In this document: piece after piece, positions 58,384 to 64,000 of the stretch | Numbering within the stretch: the first letter of the stretch is position 1 | How the letters are laid out: the number at the start of each line of letters is the position of its first letter | NCBI GenBank assembly: GCA_963771465.1 | Contig: CAVYTU010000002.1 | Coordinates: 101,945 to 165,944 of the forward strand | Direction of reading: 5' to 3' | DNA from: an uncultured delta proteobacterium | Lineage (GTDB): Bacteria > Desulfobacterota > Binatia > UBA9968 | Length of the DNA: 64,000 nucleotides | Program-made: the position numbers and the translations under genes | The notes under the pieces: model-generated | What the model was told of the DNA's origin: nothing | Databases searched by the model: none | The model's input: only the letters and a program-made list of their open reading frames with translations

Positions 58384-59211
58384 TTAGAGCACGCGCAGTT
58401 TGGGATCGAGCGCATCGCGCAACGAGTCGCCGAAAATATTAAAAGCGAAAACCGCCAGGCTGATCGCCAGACCAGGGAAGAGCGCCATCCACGGCGCACG
58501 CTCGGCGAACTCCACGGCAGCTCCGCGCAGCATGAGTCCCCACGCCGCGGTCGGTTCGGCGACGCCCAAGCCAAGGAAAGACAGCGAGGCTTCCAACAAA
58601 ATCGCCTGACCCAAGAACGCAGTGAGCATGATCAGATAAGGCGCCATGACGTTGGGCAGCATATGACGGAAAATAATCCGCCAACCGCTCGCGCCGAGCG
58701 TTTGCGCAGCTTCCACGTAGAGCATCTGGCGCAAGGCCAGAGCGCTGCTGCGCAGTACCAGAGCGGCGCGCGGGATCATCGGGATCGCGATCGCCAGGAT
58801 CACGTTCCAAGTACCCGAGCCCATGACCGCCACCACGACGAGGGCGAGAACGATCAGCGGAAACGAAAGCAGGATGTCCATCATCCGCTGCATCAGGATA
58901 TCCACGCGGCCGCCAAAGTAGGCCGAACTCACGCCGAAGATCGCGCCCAGCGTCGCGCCGGTAAGCGATGAACAGAATCCCACCCACAGCGCTGTACGCG
59001 AACCGTAGAGCAGCCGCGACAGCACGTCACGTCCGAAGGAGTCCGTACCGAGCCAATGTTCCCTCCCAGGGGCTTGAAACATCGCGGCGTAATCATTCTG
59101 CAACGGATCGAAGGGCGCCAGCCAGTTGGCGAACAACGCCGTCAGCGCCATGAAAGCCACCAATGCTCCACCGGCCGCGCCCAACGGCCGCTTGGAAGTA
59201 AAAGCGCGCAC
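58384..59211 (-). CDS. Peptide/nickel ABC permease DppC-like (5' end disturbed)
   Basis: HWLGTD.FGRD.LSRL.YG.R, YVEAA..LGA, HMLPN, EASLSFLGLG, GDSLRDALDP. Confidence 0.9.
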   Translation of the reverse strand: MRAFTSKRPLGAAGGALVAFMALTALFANWLAPFDPLQNDYAAMFQAPGREHWLGTDSFGRDVLSRLLYGSRTALWVGFCSSLTGATLGAIFGVSSAYFGGRVDILMQRMMDILLSFPLIVLALVVVAVMGSGTWNVILAIAIPMIPRAALVLRSSALALRQMLYVEAAQTLGASGWRIIFRHMLPNVMAPYLIMLTAFLGQAILLEASLSFLGLGVAEPTAAWGLMLRGAAVEFAERAPWMALFPGLAISLAVFAFNIFGDSLRDALDPKLRVL

Positions 59212-59282
59212 GGCGCTGATTAGGATCTAAAGCTCGCTTGCATTGCTGAGGGCGACCAAGGAAAATTTACAAGTCGATTGGC

Positions 59283-60235
59283 TCACTGATACCGAATGCG
59301 CGGATCGAGCCAGGCGTTCAGCAGATCGATCAAAAAATTCGTGAAGATGAATGCAAAGGATACCAGCAGGACGAGCGCTTGGGTCATCGTATAGTCGCGG
59401 CGGGAGATCGATTCAACGAAGAGCATCCGATGCCGTTTAAGTTAAATACCTGCTCGGTCACGACCAATCCGCCGATCAGAAACGCGAACTCCAAACCGAT
59501 GACTGTGACGATTGGCAAGAGTGCGTTGCGCAGCGCATGTTTGACGACCACGACGCGTTCCCACAACCCTTTAGCCCGCGCCGTGCGGACATAATCCTCG
59601 CCCAGAACCTCTAATACCGCCGAGCGGGTCATGCGCGTCGCCATCGCGGAATAACGATAGCCCACCGCCAACGCCGGCCAGAACAGTTGCGCCAAGTTAG
59701 CCCGCGGATCGGTGAAGAAAGAGGTAAACGTCAGCGGCGGCAGCCAGTTGAAGAAGATAAGAAAACTGAGGATCATGACGATCCCCAACCAAAACGACGG
59801 CATCGCCAATCCGCCGATGGAAAAAATCCGCACCAGATAATCCACCCAGGTATCCTGCTTCAGTGCTGCCACCGTGCCAAACGGAAGAGCGATCAAGATC
59901 GCTACCACAGTCGCCATCAACGCCAATTGCAAGCTTAGCTCAAGACGTATTTTAATCTCATCGGTAATCGGCCGGCCGGTCCACATCGAAGTCCCGAAGT
60001 CGAAACGAACGATGCCCCAAATCCAAACAACGAACTGATGCCACAGCGGCTTGTCCAGTCCCAGCTGCGCGCGCTCTCGCTCGATCGCTTCCCTCGGCGC
60101 AAACGTGCCGCTACCCGCATACTTGAGCTCGACGACATCACCTGGCGCCACGCGCAGCATGACAAAAACCAGCAACGCCACGCCGAACAGCGTTGGCACC
60201 ATTAGCAGCAAACGCTTGAGAATGTAGGAGCCCAT
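59283..60235 (-). CDS. Peptide/nickel ABC permease DppB-like (frameshift near 59430)
   Basis: YILKRLL, PGD, GLDKP, DFG.S, DYVRTARAKGL, HALRNA, ends LDPRIRYQ* in a shifted frame. Confidence 0.88.
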
Positions 60236-60244
60236 TTTCTAGCG

Positions 60245-60346
60245 GGTCGAGGATCAGGATGGACAATGGAGGATCGAATAAAGACGATCGAAATTCGCGC
60301 CATTAGCGACTTGCCATCCTCAATCATCGATCCTCTAGCCTCGACC
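60245..60346. repeat. Palindromic array of ~7-bp (gaggatc / gatcctc) units
   Basis: gtcgaggatcaggatggacaatggaggatcg...ccatcctcaatcatcgatcctctagcctcgac. Confidence 0.55.
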
Positions 60347-60361
60347 ATTCTTCCGTCCGCG

Positions 60362-61155
60362 TTACTGCGCTACCCACACGTCGCGCAAATCCTGATTGAC
60401 GTAATGGCTCGGGCCGATCTTCCAACCCTTGAGTCGCTCATGATGCGGCACGATCCTTTGCCACCAGAGGACTGGGAATTGATAGTTTTGCTCGGCGAAC
60501 ACGCGCCTTTCGATTTGACGGAGCAGCGGCCGGCGGTCTTTGATGTCGAGCATGCGGCTTTGCCTTTCGTACAACTCATCGATCGTCGGGTCTTTGTAAC
60601 GGGCATAGTTGATCGGGCTCTTGTCGCTGCTCAAATACTTGACCAAGTACAAATCCGGCTCATCCATAAACTCGCACATGAAATCGATGCCGGCGTCAAA
60701 ATTGCCCTGGCGAAAATCATTGAAATACGCACCGCTTTCCTGCGGCGTATGCGTGACGTTCAGGCCGAGCTTGCGCCACTGATCGACGACGAAGACTCCG
60801 GTGATTTCGTAGGGCTCGCGCACGTTGCGGTTCTTTAAGACGAAGGAGAAGCCGTCCGCCACACCCGACTCCCTAAGCAAGCGCTTGGCTTCTTCGCGGG
60901 CGCCGTTAATGTTCTTGCCGAATCCGGGCAGCTTATCGAGTTCAGCCGGCGGCGTCGCGAATTCGGAACCCGGACGATAAAGTCCGCCGATAAATTTCAT
61001 AACGGAGATTTGCGATAGTGCCTTGGAGGCTTCGTTGCGGTCGATGGCAAGATTCAAAGCGCGTCTGACGCGTGGATCGTTGAAGGGTTTCTTCTCGTTG
61101 TTGAAGACGACCATCAAGTTCCACGCCCACGGGCTTTCTTGCACCACCGCTTCGT
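60362..61155 (-). CDS. Family-5 (DppA/OppA-like) SBP, C-terminal ~265 aa only; N-terminus replaced at the junction
   Basis: PFNDPRVRRALNLAIDR, EAKRLL.E.G, NYARY.DP..D.LY, NQDL.DVW. Confidence 0.85.
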
Positions 61156-62693
61156 ACTTTTTGCCAATCGTTCCCGCCGAGGCGGTGCATCGCTTCGGGA
61201 GCCGTAGTACCAATAGTACGTGTCGCGGCGCGGATTGACGGACTCAACCGCGTCGGCAGTCGGCGGTCGCTCATCTTTGACACGAACTTCCGGCGTATGG
61301 GCGAGCAGGTGCTCGGCGGCGCCGCGAAGTTGTTCTTCCTGACGCGACTGGCCGAGGTGCAGTTCGACGGCGAGGCCGACGGCGGTGTTCACCGTGGTCG
61401 TTGGCTGTTCTTCCGTGAGTAGAGGCTCGTACTGCATCTCGCGCACGCGGCACATGGCGAGGCACTCGCGGATGCTGGCGAACGTTGTCGGCTCGACACG
61501 AAGCCCGGCAAGTTGGCCGGTTTGCAGGGCGGCAAGTTGCCAGCCGGTGGCGGCAGCATCGGAGTTCACGCCGGGCAGGTATCGCCAGCCGTTGCGGGCG
61601 GGATCTTGCGAACCAGCGAGGTAATTGAGGGCACGTTGCGACGGTGTGCGGAGTTTGCCGTCACCCGTCATGCCGAAAGATTCGCAGAGGGCAAGCGTGG
61701 CGATACCGTGACTGTAGAAGCGCGTGATCTGGCCTTCGGGTGAGGCATCGTCCCAGAAAAAGTTGCCACCCGGTTGCTGAGCTCGCACCAGGAATCCGAT
61801 GCCATCGCGGACGACGTGCTGATAGCGGCCGTCAAAATGGTCGTGGCCGGCCCGAGGAAGGCGAGCAGGGCGAGCCCGGTCGCTGCCGCATCGGCACGCT
61901 GAGTTGCCGGCACGTCGGTAAGTGGAATGACGCCGCGCAGATCGCTGAATCGCCAGCGGCCATCGTCGAACTGCACGCGGGCCAGGAACTCCAGGCCCAG
62001 TTCGATGGCGGCGCGGCTTTCGTGTGGCAGGCGAGCTTGGAGTCCGCGATGGGTGAACGCGGGGGGGGTCGACGTGCTGGATTGGCGGAGTCCAGATCCT
62101 TCAGTACTGCCATACCGACGGAGCGATGTTCGCTCGCGCCGTAAGTGGGCCGCGACGCGATTCGCAGTGAGGGCACGGGTAGCAAATTGGAGCGTGGAAG
62201 TGTCGCGGCGGGCGGCGTAACTGAAGGTGGTTCGACAAACGCGGCAGAAGCCGAGGCGACTGTCTGCGGAACCTCCACTGGAGTGATCGGCAACGAGGCG
62301 ATCGTCATTGCCCGGCGGGGACTCTTGATCGGTTCAACACGAGGCTGAAGATCGGCGGACGGCAGATTGGCCGAAGATGGCCTGAATTCGACGGGGCGGC
62401 GCGGCGGGGCGGACGGTATCGTCCGGCAGGGGAGCTTCGTTGCTAGGGCTGGAAGCGAACACGGCAAGCGAAGCGGGGCGGGGCACTCGGGAGCGGGCAA
62501 TGATCTGAATCGGTGGCGACTTGTCGCCCGCGAGTTCGCTGTAGGCACGGAACATGACGAAAACGAAGAAAGTGTGGACGACGAGGCTCACGAAGAACGC
62601 GAGTCGGAGCGAAGGGCGCGCTTCGGCGTGCGTCCGAGTTGCCGCATCGGCTGCTTCGTGTTCTTGTTCGTTGGACGTCATCGTCAATTTCAT
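61156..62693 (-). CDS. Planctomycete-type prenyltransferase/squalene-oxidase-repeat protein with an N-terminal TM anchor; frameshifted and truncated at the junction
   Basis: SLVVH TM, Pro-rich linker, GLEFLA..Q..DG.W, ATGLALLAFLG, YSHGIATLALCE..GMT, Q....GWRY, YYWYY...AM...GG..W. Confidence 0.8.
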
Positions 62694-62696
62694 GGG

Positions 62697-64000
62697 CTAC
62701 CGCCGCATGATTCGATCGAGCGACTGGCGAGCGATGGCCGCGCGCGGACTGGCCGGGTAAGTGTCGATGAGCTCTTGGTAGAGCTTCTTCGCGGATTCGG
62801 CACGCACGTCACCTTCCAGTGCTTGGGCGGCGGCGTAGATTGCTTCGGCTTGCCAATGATGATAGGACGCGGGAGCTTTGGGGCCGCCGTGACCGTAGGC
62901 GACTTTGAAAAACGTGCGGACGGCTTCGTCGGTGTGCTGCCTGGCGAGTTGCACGCGACCGAGGGCAAGTTCAGCTCGTAGTGTGAGTGGTGCCTTGGCC
63001 GTGGCAAGGGTGGCTCTCAGTTCGCGCTCCGCATCGTCGAGCTGACCGGTTTCTAAGAGGGCGACGCCGAGTTCGCAGCGGGCTTCGCGGGTCCACTCGT
63101 TATTTGGAAACTCTCGCAGCGATTGGCCCGCAAGCTCGACGGCCTGTTGCCATTTGCCGAGTTCGCCGGCTGCATGGCGCCGCATGGACAAGTGCCATGG
63201 CTCGCAATGGGTCGCTGGCTTGGGGCAGCTGGACCGCCGCGGCGAATAGCGGCAAGGAGTCGGCGTATCCATGTTGTTGAAAGCGGCATTCGGCAGCCAT
63301 GAGGCGGGCGTCCGCAGCGAGCAGGCCGTCACTGGATTGCGAGATCTGCCGCTCAAAGCTGGCCTGGGCGATGACAAGATCGCCTTGCTCGAATTGACAC
63401 CAGGCGAGCTTGTGCGTGGCTCGCTCAATAAGTGCTGAATCGGCTGCCAAATTGAGTGTAGCCGAAAATTCTTGAGACGCGGCAGCGAAGTCACGCGTCG
63501 CGTAGTGCGATTCGCCCAGGCGATAGTGACACTCGGCAACGAGAGGGCTGTTAGAGTGCGACTCGACCAGCCTGGCGTAACAAGTATTCGCTTGCTGAGG
63601 TTCGTTCGCTTCGTGGTGGGCCCAGGCGAGATCGTAGAGGACACGGTCGGCAGCCGAATAGTTGGGATCGCGGTTAAGTAGGGCGGTGAATGTTTTCACG
63701 GCGTCGAGCGGCCGTTTAAGTCCCAGTTCACACAAACCGCGAGACATGGAGGCGCGGCGGAGCGTTTTGGCTCGGCTGGACAGAACTTTCTCCACATCGG
63801 AGAGACCGCCCGCGAAATCGCCACGGCTTTGCCGCACGGTGGCTCGCAGCAAGCGGGCTTCGAGCGAGACCTGTGGATCGGTCGAACGTGCGAGGCAGCG
63901 GTCGAGCGTCGCTTCGGCGGCGGCTGGCCGCGACATTTGCATTTCGATCCCGGCCCGAATCAAGAGGGCCCGCGGAACAAATGCGCTTTCGGGGAAGTCG
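62697..64000 (-). CDS. Tetratricopeptide-repeat protein (partial, frameshift near 63180)
   Basis: Repeated TPR helices (ADRVLYDLAWA, AECHYRLGE, A.HKLAWC.F, AVRTFFKVAYG, A..LYQELI..YP.S). Confidence 0.8.

Noticed and set aside
61156-62693. Squalene-hopene cyclase / terpene biosynthesis
   Set aside because: Only QW-like repeats are visible, with no DxDD motif; it has a TM anchor and is truncated

Overview
Bases 1 to ~61,155 look like an ordinary, catabolism-rich stretch of a moderately GC-rich bacterial chromosome. Its gene style (FYxGKTI-type TctC-like proteins, many NMT1/SsuA-like binding proteins, dense intergenic palindromes) resembles Candidatus Binatia/deltaproteobacterial MAGs; this taxonomy is inference only. 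It holds about 17 solute-binding-protein (SBP) genes but only three membrane transporter modules and no ABC ATPase. Between them are oxidoreductases and hydrolases, many with substituted catalytic residues. The best candidate for an undescribed system is the convergent 20.0-35.7 kb cluster: a PolH/NikJ-like radical SAM enzyme (CX8CX2C) without nikkomycin/polyoxin genes, two MmgE/PrpD proteins that both lack the usual catalytic His, a split hydantoinase A/B, a nitroreductase and tctCBA. Other candidates: an E2/E3-less TPP E1 alpha/beta operon with an Ltp2-like thiolase-fold protein, DUF35 and an ADP-forming acyl-CoA ligase; a signal-peptide-less SBP-fold protein with a DszB-like N-terminal Cys; two putative diiron proteins; a diverged ~200 bp direct repeat flanking a cargo gene; a tandem pair of unknown paralogs; and two small ORFs with their own promoters. 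At ~61,155 a family-5 SBP gene is fused mid-gene to Planctomycete-like DNA (prenyltransferase-repeat and TPR genes), most likely a chimeric read or assembly join. Clustered frameshifts suggest long-read errors. I found no rRNA, tRNA, CRISPR, integrase or transposase. Family assignments come from recalled motifs, not database searches.
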